Shown here piece by piece: positions 1 through 8,668 of a stretch of 64,000 bases of DNA; positions within the stretch are counted from its first letter, which is position 1; every line of letters begins with the position of its first letter. The stretch is taken from positions 1-64,000 of the IMG/VR virus record IMGVR_UViG_3300021961_000068; one strand, 5' to 3'. The position numbers and the translations under genes are program-made. Origin of the DNA: a virus. The notes below the pieces were generated by a model. It did no database searches. It had not been told where the DNA came from and worked only from the letters and a program-made list of their open reading frames with translations.

Positions 1-498
1 CAAGATGTCTACAGGTTGTGGTGAGAGTAGGTCTACATCAAACGGGTTGATGAGTTCGCCTCTCCACCATGATTCGCCTTCAACTCGGTCTAACCAATCA
101 ACAGAATACGCACCGCCGTAACCCATCAAAGTGTTTCCTGCGATGGTGAAACGACACCCACGAGGGATGTATTGACACCACTCGTTAGGGGTGTTGATAG
201 GTGCGTGTTTGCCGAACTTGTCGGTAAGGTCACGAAGTATGTCGTGGTTTTCGTGGTTGCCGTCAATCCACAAAAACTTGATTTGTGCTTTTTCTGCGAG
301 TTGCGCAACACGGTTCACGAACTTTTGTCCACGAGGTAGGTGAACCCAATACCCGAAGTCGCCTACGGAGATGATGTGTGTGCAATCCTGTTCGGATGCA
401 TACTTGATTACCCATTCTGCGTGTTTCGTGTCGCCGTGGATATCACCTGCGAACAAGACTCTTTGGTTTAGTTGTTTAGTGTTGTCTAGTTGTTTCAT
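1..498 (-). CDS. Calcineurin-like metallophosphoesterase (runs off left edge)
   Basis: Hand translation from ATG at 498: MKQLDNTKQLNQRVLFAGDIHGD...VGDFGYW...IDGNHENH; the GDxHG, GDxG and GNHE motifs. Absent from the ORF track because it has no stop in the window. Confidence 0.85.
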   Translation of the reverse strand, partial: MKQLDNTKQLNQRVLFAGDIHGDTKHAEWVIKYASEQDCTHIISVGDFGYWVHLPRGQKFVNRVAQLAEKAQIKFLWIDGNHENHDILRDLTDKFGKHAPINTPNEWCQYIPRGCRFTIAGNTLMGYGGAYSVDWLDRVEGESWWRGELINPFDVDLLSPQPVDIL

Positions 499-504
499 AC
501 TTCC

Positions 505-533
505 ATTATATAGCGTTACAGTCATATTGTCAA
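505..533 (-). promoter_or_regulatory. Consensus sigma70/SigA promoter, probably leaderless
   Basis: Minus strand TTGACA-17 bp-TATAAT; the ATG at 498 lies 6 nt after the -10 box. Confidence 0.8.
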
Positions 534-597
534 GCCCATAAACGCCCTATTTTGAAGGCTTCCCGTGAAATACCCCCAATTAAGGTAGTGTATTCGT

Positions 598-1014
598 ATG
601 ACCCCCAAAGAACTAGTCGCCCGCATGCCCGAAGACTTCGTAGAACTAATCGGTCGTTTTATCTCCGACCCTGATATCAACACCGAACACCTTGATGTCC
701 AAGAACTGATGCCGTCGCAGCCGTGTGTGGCTTTAATTGCCAACCATTTGGGGCTAGAGAAAGAACCCCTCGGGACTGATGAATTAGATCAAGCAAAAGC
801 ATGGCTAGACGAACAATCCAGTTGGCAAGACAGGTCCGTTGCGGTTCAACAGAAACTCGCAGAAAAAGCCCCCTTCGGAGAAGAACAGGCGATGAAAGGT
901 GAAATCCCTTTATGGATGAACGCAAAATGGGCACCAAAGTTACTATTCCAATGGTCTGACGGTTTGCGTGACGCAGTATTACAAGCAGAAGAATATGTGG
1001 AGGAAGTCCAATGA
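598..1014 (+). CDS. Hypothetical protein
   Basis: 138-aa ORF, ATGA-coupled to the next gene. Confidence 0.7.
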   Translation: MTPKELVARMPEDFVELIGRFISDPDINTEHLDVQELMPSQPCVALIANHLGLEKEPLGTDELDQAKAWLDEQSSWQDRSVAVQQKLAEKAPFGEEQAMKGEIPLWMNAKWAPKLLFQWSDGLRDAVLQAEEYVEEVQ

Positions 1015-1400
1015 ACGAAGAAACCACACCCGCAGAAGACAACCTTGAATCCGCGATGGACAAAGTCGCCGAAACGTTAGAACCAACCCGGTCACGATTG
1101 GTCGGCAAAAAGAAGAAAGACAAAGACGGGACTGAACTTTCTTCCACAGCACAAGAACAGGTCCTGTTCCGTGCAACAACTGAAGACAAACAGAAGTGGG
1201 AAGAGTGCGCCAAACATTTAGGTGTTTCCATGGCAGAGTTCCTTCGTGTTGCGGCTAACGAAAAGGTTGAAAGAAGCACTGTCGTATGTGAACACCCACA
1301 AGAGTTCCGTAAAACATACCCGTGGAGAGAAGATTGCTTGAAGTGCGGGAAAGTTCTGTGGATTAAGAACGACAACACTAACTTTGGGAATCGTCGCTAG
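1011..1400 (+). CDS. Ribbon-helix-helix-like DNA-binding protein with C-terminal Cys/His cluster
   Basis: QVLFRATTEDKQKWEECAKHLGVSMAEFLRVAAN is RHH/CopG-like; CEH...CLKC. Confidence 0.55.
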   Translation: MNEETTPAEDNLESAMDKVAETLEPTRSRLVGKKKKDKDGTELSSTAQEQVLFRATTEDKQKWEECAKHLGVSMAEFLRVAANEKVERSTVVCEHPQEFRKTYPWREDCLKCGKVLWIKNDNTNFGNRR

Positions 1401-1754
1401 TTGAAGTCCCGCAAACCGCTTAAACGGTCTCCACTGAAACGATCAACAAAACCAATTAAGCAGAAGTCCGCCAAAAGGGAAGTCGCCGATGTGGAAAGGC
1501 GCATCTTTGTTGCGATGATGCTCAACAAACACCCGTATTGTGTTGCGTGTCCTGTGTTCGCTGAACATGACGGCTTGGTTGCGTATGTGCGTCGTCCTTC
1601 GCGGGACATTCATGAACTTGTGCGTCGTTCTCAGGGTGGTTCTGTGGTGGATGAGGGCAACTGTATTGCTGTGTGTCGTCCGTGTCACACACGGATAGGT
1701 AACTACCCTCAACTAGCGTTTGACTTGGGGTTGGCTAAACGGTCATGGGAATAA
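1401..1754 (+). CDS. HNH endonuclease
   Basis: CVAC...DIHELVRRSQGG...NCIAVCRPCH. Confidence 0.8.
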   Translation: MKSRKPLKRSPLKRSTKPIKQKSAKREVADVERRIFVAMMLNKHPYCVACPVFAEHDGLVAYVRRPSRDIHELVRRSQGGSVVDEGNCIAVCRPCHTRIGNYPQLAFDLGLAKRSWE

Positions 1755-1766
1755 CACCCGTAGGGC

Positions 1767-1843
1767 TGTGGATAACCCTGTGGAAAAATAATTAAAAAAA
1801 TAACTTAAAAATAGTTGCTTTTTTAATTCGGGGTGGCTATGCT
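1767..1843 (+). promoter_or_regulatory. Two DnaA-box matches followed by an AT-rich tract and a sigma70-type promoter
   Basis: TGTGGATAA (1767-1775) and TGTGGAAAA (1779-1787); TTGCTT (1815)-17 bp-TATGCT (1838). Confidence 0.6.
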
Positions 1844-1890
1844 TGTATATGTAAGGAAATAAACCAACTAGACAACAAGGAGAAACAAAA

Positions 1891-2142
1891 ATGAGCACAT
1901 CAACCAAAAGCCAAGGAATATGGCACAACGAGAATTTCGTTGAAGCGTCAGTAGAAATTGAAAAACTGTTCGCACAAGCAAAGCAAGTAGTCCGCAGTCT
2001 TGAAAAACTTGAAGAAGACGGCGATCTTGCGATGACATCACAAGACCTCCAAAACAAAGTTCAATTCATGATTGAATTTGCGCAAGGCATCTCGGGATTC
2101 AGCAAAATCAAACTTGTTGAAGACCTGAAAGATGTTCTCTAA
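1891..2142 (+). CDS. Hypothetical protein
   Basis: 83-aa ORF with AAGGAG RBS. Confidence 0.75.
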   Translation: MSTSTKSQGIWHNENFVEASVEIEKLFAQAKQVVRSLEKLEEDGDLAMTSQDLQNKVQFMIEFAQGISGFSKIKLVEDLKDVL

Positions 2143-2154
2143 AACAAAAATGTT

Positions 2155-2178
2155 AAGGGGAGGGGAAACCCTCCCCTT
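2155..2178. terminator. Perfect GC-rich hairpin (terminator or processing site)
   Basis: AAGGGGAGGG-GAAA-CCCTCCCCTT; no clear U-tract on the plus strand. Confidence 0.5.
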
Positions 2179-2203
2179 ACAAAAACTAGAGAAAAAAATA
2201 AGC

Positions 2204-2455
2204 ATGAACTATAAATACATACTGTTTTACACCAAATTAAATGACTACTATTTCATAGACAAAAACGATGTCAAACACATTCTGTTATCGGAAGACATCA
2301 TTGTTGCAGACATCTCCCATTGGAACAAAAACGATGCAACTAGGTTCGCATCATTAGGGCACGACCAAAGAATTAAAGAACTTGGAACACTTGAATCATT
2401 TAATGAAATAAAAAGAAACAAAGAAGGATTCTATTTAGACGAACTCAAGTATTAA
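2204..2455 (+). CDS. Hypothetical protein
   Basis: ORF 2132..2455; start moved to the ATG at 2204, downstream of the hairpin. Confidence 0.6.
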   Translation: MNYKYILFYTKLNDYYFIDKNDVKHILLSEDIIVADISHWNKNDATRFASLGHDQRIKELGTLESFNEIKRNKEGFYLDELKY

Positions 2456-2492
2456 CAAAACACGAACCACACCACCCACAACACCCGTAACA

Positions 2493-2591
2493 CTATTTTC
2501 GTTTGCGACCGTGTCTGCGTTCGTGTTGAACACTTATGCGATACAGCCATATGCCTGCTACTAGTAGCACGAAACCCACCACAACACTCAT
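2493..2591 (-). CDS. Small single-TM peptide (32 aa)
   Basis: MSVVVGFVLLVAGIWLYRISVQHERRHGRKRK; ATGA overlap with the upstream stop. Confidence 0.5.
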   Translation of the reverse strand: MSVVVGFVLLVAGIWLYRISVQHERRHGRKRK

Positions 2592-3124
2592 ACAGTTTTA
2601 TTCCTCTTACAGAAGTCAATGAACTTAGACATTACGAAATCAACGAACTCTGATTTCACTATCGCCTCATCGTGTTCTTTGACGACAGTGAACTCGGGTA
2701 AACCTTTATCGTTGTAAACATAAGTTACACACTTGCCTGCACTCTCCCCGTGATACCCGTAGGTCGCTACAGTCAATGCCTCAGAAACAGGTGCATTGGG
2801 GTTGTGTTTGTATTCGCGTTCTAGATCACCTCTCTGATAATCACCAATACGGTCTGCGGGTTTAAGACGAACATAACTATCTACAACAATGCTGACAGTA
2901 TCAAACTCTGTTAAACCATCATTGAATGCGTCGCTCAAAACATCAGGCAACGACTCAAAAGGATGACCGTCCACACCACTCTGACGACACTCAAACACAT
3001 CGCCCCTCTGAAAGACAACGAAAGACTGCATATCACTAATACCATTATCTTCCTGACATACCTCAGTCTTACGAAGTTGCGCTATCTTCGCAACCTTCTC
3101 TACCTCTAACGCTATGTCAATCAT
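2588..3124 (-). CDS. Hypothetical protein, paralog of 15181..15813
   Basis: 178-aa ORF; shares IALxVE..KT..ED.GI.SD and NxPVxE motifs with 15181..15813. Confidence 0.7.
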   Translation of the reverse strand: MIDIALEVEKVAKIAQLRKTEVCQEDNGISDMQSFVVFQRGDVFECRQSGVDGHPFESLPDVLSDAFNDGLTEFDTVSIVVDSYVRLKPADRIGDYQRGDLEREYKHNPNAPVSEALTVATYGYHGESAGKCVTYVYNDKGLPEFTVVKEHDEAIVKSEFVDFVMSKFIDFCKRNKTV

Positions 3125-3285
3125 CTCTTCACCCGTGCGCCCTTTTTGTCAATCAACAAACATTCCCTATACGCCTCTGCCCTAGTGTCATGCGATGACA
3201 CAGGTGAATTGTTATTCAGTGTGTCAATCACTAACCACTTAGTAGACGGATATCTATCAGGTGATATGTCGTATCTGTAGTTCAT
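3121..3285 (-). CDS. Small hypothetical protein (54 aa)
   Basis: MNYRYDISPDRYPSTKWLVIDTLNNNSPVSSHDTRAEAYRECLLIDKKGARVKR; AGGAG RBS; ATGA coupling. Confidence 0.6.
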   Translation of the reverse strand: MNYRYDISPDRYPSTKWLVIDTLNNNSPVSSHDTRAEAYRECLLIDKKGARVKR

Positions 3286-3327
3286 TGTGCTCCTATGTCT
3301 AGTAATGCGTCTGTAGTCATGTGTCTA

Positions 3328-3356
3328 ACTATATAACAGTAGCGAGTATATGTCAA
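3328..3356 (-). promoter_or_regulatory. Sigma70-type promoter
   Basis: Minus strand TTGACA-17 bp-TATAGT. Confidence 0.7.
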
Positions 3357-3645
3357 GTATCATCTGAAATGTTTCTGCAAGGCACTAGCAATCCAATAAA
3401 CAAACAAAATAACAAAACAAATCACAAAAGAAGCAACAACACCAGCGAAATGCGTAACAAACACAAACCACAACAACTGACAAAACCAATAAACCGCAAC
3501 CATCACAAACAACAAGGGCACAAAAAAACGCATCACAAGAAGACCACAACTGATTTCATAAACGGGGCTGTGAACCTTTTTGCTCTTGGTCTATAGCGTG
3601 GGCGGTGGTGCGACAAATTTTTTGGTTGTAGTTCTTTTTTTAGGT

Positions 3646-4083
3646 TTATCTGACGGGGGTGTGTTGAGTTGTTTTTGGAGTTGTTGGTTTTCTTTTTGTA
3701 GTTGGGTTATTTCTTTTTGTAGTTTTTTGTTTTGTTGGTCTATTGAGGTTTTGGGTTTTGGGGTTGTCATTGGTTGTGCTTTCTTGTTGGTGGATCATGT
3801 TGATGCAGGTGAGGTAGCCGATGGTGTCTAGGAGTGTGTCGTAATGGAGTTGTCCTTGGTCTAGGTTTGTTTTTAGTCTTGCGAGTTTGACTGAGACCAT
3901 GAATAGTAGTGCTTCTGTGAGGGTGAGTTGTTTCCCCGTGAGAGTCTGATAGATGTTTACGACTTTGGTGTAGTCGTCTTTTGGGTGTCCGTAGGTGTTT
4001 TGTCTGTCTTGGTTGACTATTTGGTAGGCGTGCTGGAGGATTTCGGTTCCGGGTGTGGGTTTATTTTTTGGTGTGGTTGTCAT
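3646..4083 (-). CDS. DUF6378-like protein (nucleotide-modification-associated helical domain)
   Basis: EILQHAYQIVNQDRQNTYGHP...MVSVKLARL...HYDTLLDTIGY. Confidence 0.7.
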   Translation of the reverse strand: MTTTPKNKPTPGTEILQHAYQIVNQDRQNTYGHPKDDYTKVVNIYQTLTGKQLTLTEALLFMVSVKLARLKTNLDQGQLHYDTLLDTIGYLTCINMIHQQESTTNDNPKTQNLNRPTKQKTTKRNNPTTKRKPTTPKTTQHTPVR

Positions 4084-4108
4084 GTCGTTTTAGTTTATCT
4101 AAGCGGGG
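4081..4108 (-). repeat. Intergenic motif, copy 1 (copy 2 at about 6163-6189)
   Basis: CATGTCGTTTTAGTTTATCTAAGCGGGG vs CATGTTGTTTTAGTTTATCTAGCGGGG. Confidence 0.7.
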
Positions 4109-4634
4109 ACTGTTGGGGTGTTTTTAAAATTTTTGCGCGGCGTTTATAGTTTTTTTGGTAGTTGCGGTCGTATTCTAATATTTTTTGTCGTTTTTCGGGG
4201 TTGTTTCTGTTGTTTTTTTTGAGGATGTTTCGGCATGTTCTACAGTTTTGGTATTGTGTGCCGTCGGGTTCAGTTCTGATGAAGGTAGTTTTGGGTGTGA
4301 ATTTGTGTCCTTTTCGGCAGTGTGTTTGTCGGCGCATGTTTTTGCCGTGCCTGTTTTTTTTGATCATGTCGCGATTGTTGTCGGTGTGTGTCCCCAACCA
4401 TAGGTGGTCGGGGTTGACGCATCGTGGTGTGTCGCAGGTGTGGCAGACGATGAGTTTGTCGGGTATTTCGCCTTTGTGTAGTAGGTAACTGAGTCTGTGG
4501 GCGGTGGTATTTTTTCCGTTGTATGACATGGCGCCGTAGCCTTTAGAGTTTTTTGCTCCTGTCCATAGCCAACATGTGTTGGTTTTGTTTGTTTTTTGGT
4601 TGAAGCGTTCTATGTAGGTCATGTGTTTTGCCAT
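4095..4634 (-). CDS. HNH homing-type endonuclease
   Basis: CWLWTG...GYG...AHRLSY...[24 protein letters not shown]; C-terminal THCRKGH...CRTC. Confidence 0.9.
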   Translation of the reverse strand: MAKHMTYIERFNQKTNKTNTCWLWTGAKNSKGYGAMSYNGKNTTAHRLSYLLHKGEIPDKLIVCHTCDTPRCVNPDHLWLGTHTDNNRDMIKKNRHGKNMRRQTHCRKGHKFTPKTTFIRTEPDGTQYQNCRTCRNILKKNNRNNPEKRQKILEYDRNYQKNYKRRAKILKTPQQSPLR

Positions 4635-4635
4635 T

Positions 4636-4866
4636 TTAGTTTTGTTCCTCGTAGAGTCGTTCTAATGTGATTCGGTTTTCCAGCATTGTCCAATGAAATG
4701 CGTCCATAAAGATGTCGCGTTTTATTTTGTTGCTGAGGACGCGAGTTGGGAATAGTCTTTCGGCTCGTTGACGCGCTTTTTCGGTTTCTGACGCAAGATG
4801 GACAATCCACCAGTCGTTGAATTTATTGAGGGCTTGCTTTGTGGTCTGCATTAGTTGTTGCTCCAA
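4636..4866 (-). CDS. Hypothetical protein
   Basis: 76-aa ORF within the operon. Confidence 0.6.
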   Translation of the reverse strand: MEQQLMQTTKQALNKFNDWWIVHLASETEKARQRAERLFPTRVLSNKIKRDIFMDAFHWTMLENRITLERLYEEQN

Positions 4867-5600
4867 TTCATTTGTGAACCTGGAAGCGTTCTCAGCCCAA
4901 AGTCCTTTGTGGCGATTCCGTTGGAATTTGACACGGTTGCTCTAGCGTAAAAACTTCCAGTTATTCTGTTTACTTTATTCCAAGACGCAAATGGGCTTTT
5001 ACCTGGCGCCGAAATATCAAAGCCCATAGAACACCATCTTAAATCACAGTTCCAACTGGAGTCAAAGTATGGGCTGGCGGTGAACGAATACACAACTTGT
5101 GTGTATGCCGAATCTAACGCTATTTGGAGGGTGTATGTGGTTGTTGTGTTGGTGCTTGTTTTTAGGTAGTAACCCACAAGACTGCCGTAGACAGAATACC
5201 CACCGTAGTCATCCCACCTGTCTTGGATTTCCGGTTGTATTGAATTTGATGCACGAGTTAGGCAGGTAAGGTTTTTGCCAAAGTTGCAGTCGTAGTATCT
5301 CCACAGCAGTAGGTTGCCGACTCTTTGGCACTGGTAGTTCCAGCCATCTTTGCCAAGAATTAAGGTTAAGTATTGACTTGTTCCGCAACGGTATTCACCT
5401 GGTGCAGGGTGGCTAGGCGTAGGCAGAATAACTGATGGCACCTCATCACTGAGTTCGTCTAATGGATCCGAAAGTGCTTGAACAGTTATGCCATTCTCTG
5501 TTTGTGAGCCCTGTTCTGCCGGTGGGTTTGCGAGCGCAGAGCCTGCCGTGAGCGTGGAGAGGATCAGTGTCAGAACAATGCTTGCTGAAATTTTTTTCAT
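4851..5600 (-). CDS. Secreted or surface protein with signal peptide
   Basis: MKKISASIVLTLILSTLTAGSALA| signal peptide; Cys pairs; beta-rich. Confidence 0.7.
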   Translation of the reverse strand: MKKISASIVLTLILSTLTAGSALANPPAEQGSQTENGITVQALSDPLDELSDEVPSVILPTPSHPAPGEYRCGTSQYLTLILGKDGWNYQCQRVGNLLLWRYYDCNFGKNLTCLTRASNSIQPEIQDRWDDYGGYSVYGSLVGYYLKTSTNTTTTYTLQIALDSAYTQVVYSFTASPYFDSSWNCDLRWCSMGFDISAPGKSPFASWNKVNRITGSFYARATVSNSNGIATKDFGLRTLPGSQMNWSNN

Positions 5601-5631
5601 AGTTTAGTAATTCTTTCTATTTAGTTATGGT

Positions 5632-6165
5632 TTATAGGTGTGTTAGTTGGTTTTCGTTTAGGGTGAGTCTTGGTCCGTAACCGTAGTCGGTTTTTTGGGC
5701 GTTTGCAAAAAAGTTTTCGCGTGTTGTTCCGCCGATTATTTGGAATTGGGTGTTTGTGCCGATGTTTTCCCATTGGGTTTTGGGTTGGTTGCACCATACG
5801 ACGATGCATTGTTCTGTGTCGGGTTTCCATAGCCCGTATTTGCAGTGTTCAGGGTCGTTGATGATGAGACTTTTTTGGCTTGATGTTTTTATTTCGGTTG
5901 TTTTGTTGTTTATGGTGGTGTCAAAGCCGTGGTCTGCGCCTATGTAGATGTCCCAATCTATTTGTGTGTTGTAGTAGCGGGAGACGATTACTTCTCCTGC
6001 TTTGCCGAGCATGATGATGCCTTTTTCTGTGGCTGTGGGCGTGTATTTGCGGTCGGTGACTTGGTGTTGGTCTTTGTTTTGTTTACAGTTTTGTGTGAAT
6101 TGGCGCAGTTGTATTACTTCTTTGGCGGTGAGGTGCATCAACGGATATTTTGTAGCGGTTTCCAT
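5632..6165 (-). CDS. Hypothetical protein, PD-(D/E)XK-like
   Basis: GKAGE...DHGFD...TEIKTS pattern. Confidence 0.5.
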   Translation of the reverse strand: METATKYPLMHLTAKEVIQLRQFTQNCKQNKDQHQVTDRKYTPTATEKGIIMLGKAGEVIVSRYYNTQIDWDIYIGADHGFDTTINNKTTEIKTSSQKSLIINDPEHCKYGLWKPDTEQCIVVWCNQPKTQWENIGTNTQFQIIGGTTRENFFANAQKTDYGYGPRLTLNENQLTHL

Positions 6166-6191
6166 GTTGTTTTAGTTTATCTAGCGGGGGG

Positions 6192-6659
6192 CTATTTACG
6201 ATATTTTTTCTTCCATTGCTTGATACATGTTCGGCAATGTCTTGCGGGTAGTCCTGTTCTTCTGCTTAGACGCCAAATTGTGTTTGATTCATCAAATGGG
6301 TGCCCTTGTACGCAATGTGTTTTTCTGCTTTGTTTGTTGTTGCCGTGTAGAACGGAGTATCTCATGTTGTGTGAGTGTGTCCCTATTTCTAGGTGGCTTG
6401 GTTTGACACATAGCGGGTTGTTGCATTTGTGGCAGACTTGAAGCCCTTTAGGGATTTTTGTTCCGTTCGTTTTTTCCCAACTGTATCTGTGGGTTGAAAC
6501 ATTTTTTGCTTTTCTGTTATTGGTGACTTTGAACATTCCGTAGCCTTTGGTTGAGTATCCTGTCCATTCCCAACAGTCTGGAAATTTTGGGTTTCGTCCG
6601 TTTTTGTCTACTTTTTCCCAAAAGCGTTCTTGTTCTGAGATTGGTTTTCTGCCGACCAT
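6192..6659 (-). CDS. HNH homing-type endonuclease
   Basis: CWEWTG...GYG...THRYSW...VCHKCNNPLCVKPSHLEIGTHSHN; THCVQGH...CRTC. Confidence 0.9.
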   Translation of the reverse strand: MVGRKPISEQERFWEKVDKNGRNPKFPDCWEWTGYSTKGYGMFKVTNNRKAKNVSTHRYSWEKTNGTKIPKGLQVCHKCNNPLCVKPSHLEIGTHSHNMRYSVLHGNNKQSRKTHCVQGHPFDESNTIWRLSRRTGLPARHCRTCIKQWKKKYRK

Positions 6660-6661
6660 GG

Positions 6662-7066
6662 CTAGTTTGATTTACCTTTGGTTATTGGGCTAGTTTTTTT
6701 GTTTTTGAGTTCTAGTGCTTGTTTTGATAGCCAAATTTTAGAGTTCCAGATTTTAAGTTGGTTATCTACTTCTTTTGAACTCACTTTGTAAAGTGCGTGT
6801 GAGCCCGTATCTTGGGAGCCGTCATTGTCCCAAGTGAAAGTGTAGTTTATACATAGACCAAAACTTTTTTTACTTTGGCTTACTTCAATGGTGTAATTAA
6901 ACCAAACCCCGTCCTCTTCCCATTGACCCTTTTCGTTAATGTAGTATAAATAGTCGTATCGTTTTATTTCGCTTTTGTAGCGTAAATCCATTTCTACAAA
7001 TATCTGGTTTTTTTCTTTTTTATTTTCTTTAGTTGCTACGTTCATGTCTTTCTGCTTTCTGCCCAT
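6662..7066 (-). CDS. Hypothetical protein
   Basis: 134-aa ORF. Confidence 0.6.
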   Translation of the reverse strand: MGRKQKDMNVATKENKKEKNQIFVEMDLRYKSEIKRYDYLYYINEKGQWEEDGVWFNYTIEVSQSKKSFGLCINYTFTWDNDGSQDTGSHALYKVSSKEVDNQLKIWNSKIWLSKQALELKNKKTSPITKGKSN

Positions 7067-7087
7067 CGGGCGTTTGTTTATGTTTAA

Positions 7088-7231
7088 CTACTTTTTCATC
7101 CCGATCAGATATTCAATTGCCTCCGCTTGGTCGTCGGTGACATCATCGGTTATTGGTTTGTTAAAGTAGTCTGCAATTTGAGCCTCGCACCACTTTGTGT
7201 ATTCGTCTGAGTTGAGTTCTGGCTTGTTCAT
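7088..7231 (-). CDS. Small hypothetical protein (47 aa)
   Basis: MNKPELNSDEYTKWCEAQIADYFNKPITDDVTDDQAEAIEYLIGMKK; AAGGA RBS. Confidence 0.55.
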   Translation of the reverse strand: MNKPELNSDEYTKWCEAQIADYFNKPITDDVTDDQAEAIEYLIGMKK

Positions 7232-7262
7232 TGGTTTTCCTTTTTGATTGGTTTATGTTTAA

Positions 7263-7766
7263 TTACTTCTGTGCTTCTCTGTCTGCTTTTGCGTCACGGA
7301 TCTCCCACAAACCTTTTTTGAGTTTACGGAATGTTGGGGTTTCTTGTAGATACTTGAGGGTGGTTTGGTAGGAGAAACCGCTTCGCTCGGTCAGTTGCTC
7401 GGTTGTGTATTGCTCAAAATGGTGTTCGTTCGCCCATTTTAAGAACTTGCTAAATTTCTCTGCTCGCGACGGTTCACGCAGTTCTTCGGGTTTTGCACAG
7501 GTTTGTTTGCCGAGGTATTGGGTTACGAGTACAGGGATGACTTGTTCGTGGACGCTATAACTGCTTAAAAAGATTTCGGGTGCTGTCTTTGCGCCCTCGC
7601 TTTGCCACTTTGATAAAACACACAAACCTCTGTAGATTTCGCTTAGAAATGTGCTTTCATCTTGATGTTCTTTTCGCCACGACCAACCATCACCATATTT
7701 GGTGGTTCGTTCTGAAAAAAGTGATTTGAATGTTTCGTTTACAAAACTGTCGGTTATTTGTTTCAT
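7263..7766 (-). CDS. Hypothetical protein with C-terminal wHTH-like segment
   Basis: YTTEQLTERSGFSYQTTLKYLQE...FRKLKKGLWEI; GGAG RBS. Confidence 0.6.
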   Translation of the reverse strand: MKQITDSFVNETFKSLFSERTTKYGDGWSWRKEHQDESTFLSEIYRGLCVLSKWQSEGAKTAPEIFLSSYSVHEQVIPVLVTQYLGKQTCAKPEELREPSRAEKFSKFLKWANEHHFEQYTTEQLTERSGFSYQTTLKYLQETPTFRKLKKGLWEIRDAKADREAQK

Positions 7767-7808
7767 TTTTATCTCCGTGTCTAGATATGTTTATTTGTTA
7801 CAGATGAC

Positions 7809-7837
7809 ATTCTAGCAACACCGTCAATAAAAAGCAA
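7809..7837 (-). promoter_or_regulatory. Sigma70-type promoter
   Basis: Minus strand TTGCTT-17 bp-TAGAAT; same AGTTGCTTTTT -35 context as the promoter at 1815. Confidence 0.6.
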
Positions 7838-7873
7838 CTCTTATTTTTTGACCCATTTTTGGGGTGTACCTTT

Positions 7874-7913
7874 TTTCTGCCAGTTTCTGCCAGTTTCTGC
7901 CAGTTTCTGCCAG
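7874..7913. repeat. 10-bp tandem repeat x4
   Basis: (TTTCTGCCAG)4, intergenic. Confidence 0.9.
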
Positions 7914-7950
7914 TATCCAATATTTGATAACTGTATTATATAGTTCGCGT

Positions 7951-8658
7951 CTATTGACTTGCCTGTTTTACATATTTCTCATCTAGGTCGTATCCGATAT
8001 AGCGTCTACCGAGTTTCTGTGCCATAGATGTGGTGGTGCCTATCCCATTGAAGGGGTCTAGGACAATATCATCAGGTTGTGTGGTTAGAAGGATGCAGTT
8101 TTCCACCAATTGTGGTGGGAATGGCGCAGGGTGTGTGGTTTGTCTTTGTGGTGAAATGTCCCATATTTCACCTAGGTATTTTGAGTCTATGTTCCCGCGA
8201 AATGTTTTTGGCTTGTTCTTAGATAGCCAATAGATGTGTTCTGTGTTTGGGAGTAGATGGTCTTTGCGTATGTTCGGACTGTTCTTGCGGTTCCAAATAA
8301 TGAGTTGATAGATGTTTGCATTTGTCTTGTGAATGAACTCTGTTGGTAGCCGTGCTTGATTATTGTGTCGTCTTGGTTTGTGATTAAAAAAGATGGATCC
8401 GTCGGGGGTAATAACACGGTGTAGTTCGTTGATTATTTCTATCATCCATTCTTGATACATTTTTTCTGGCATGTTGTCGTGATATTCGTTGTAATCAATG
8501 TTGTGTTTCTGCCATATTTGATTACTGTTCTGTGTTTTACCGTTCTGTATTCCTTTTTTGTTGTATGGGGGTGAGGTGACAACAGTGTTGATTGTGCAAT
8601 CAGACAATTTTTTTAATTCATCTAACGCGTCAGCGCATTTCACGAAGTTTGATTCCAC
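7951..8658 (-). CDS. N4-C/N6-A DNA methyltransferase (beta class)
   Basis: TSPPY...HPAPFP...DPFNGIGTT. Confidence 0.92.
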   Translation of the reverse strand: MESNFVKCADALDELKKLSDCTINTVVTSPPYNKKGIQNGKTQNSNQIWQKHNIDYNEYHDNMPEKMYQEWMIEIINELHRVITPDGSIFFNHKPRRHNNQARLPTEFIHKTNANIYQLIIWNRKNSPNIRKDHLLPNTEHIYWLSKNKPKTFRGNIDSKYLGEIWDISPQRQTTHPAPFPPQLVENCILLTTQPDDIVLDPFNGIGTTTSMAQKLGRRYIGYDLDEKYVKQASQ

Positions 8659-8668
8659 TCCGTTTAGT

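Noticed and set aside
677-1378. 233-aa minus-strand ORF and similar long antisense ORFs (29957..30868, 33920..34612, 39070..39810)
   Set aside because: Shadows of well-supported genes on the opposite strand; no motifs and atypical composition.
3321-3596. 91-aa plus-strand ORF rich in N/K/Q/H/T
   Set aside because: Stop-free only because of extreme A/C skew; overlaps a minus-strand promoter and has no RBS.
7874-7913. Possible CRISPR array
   Set aside because: 10-bp units with no spacers; no repeat-spacer array seen anywhere in the window.
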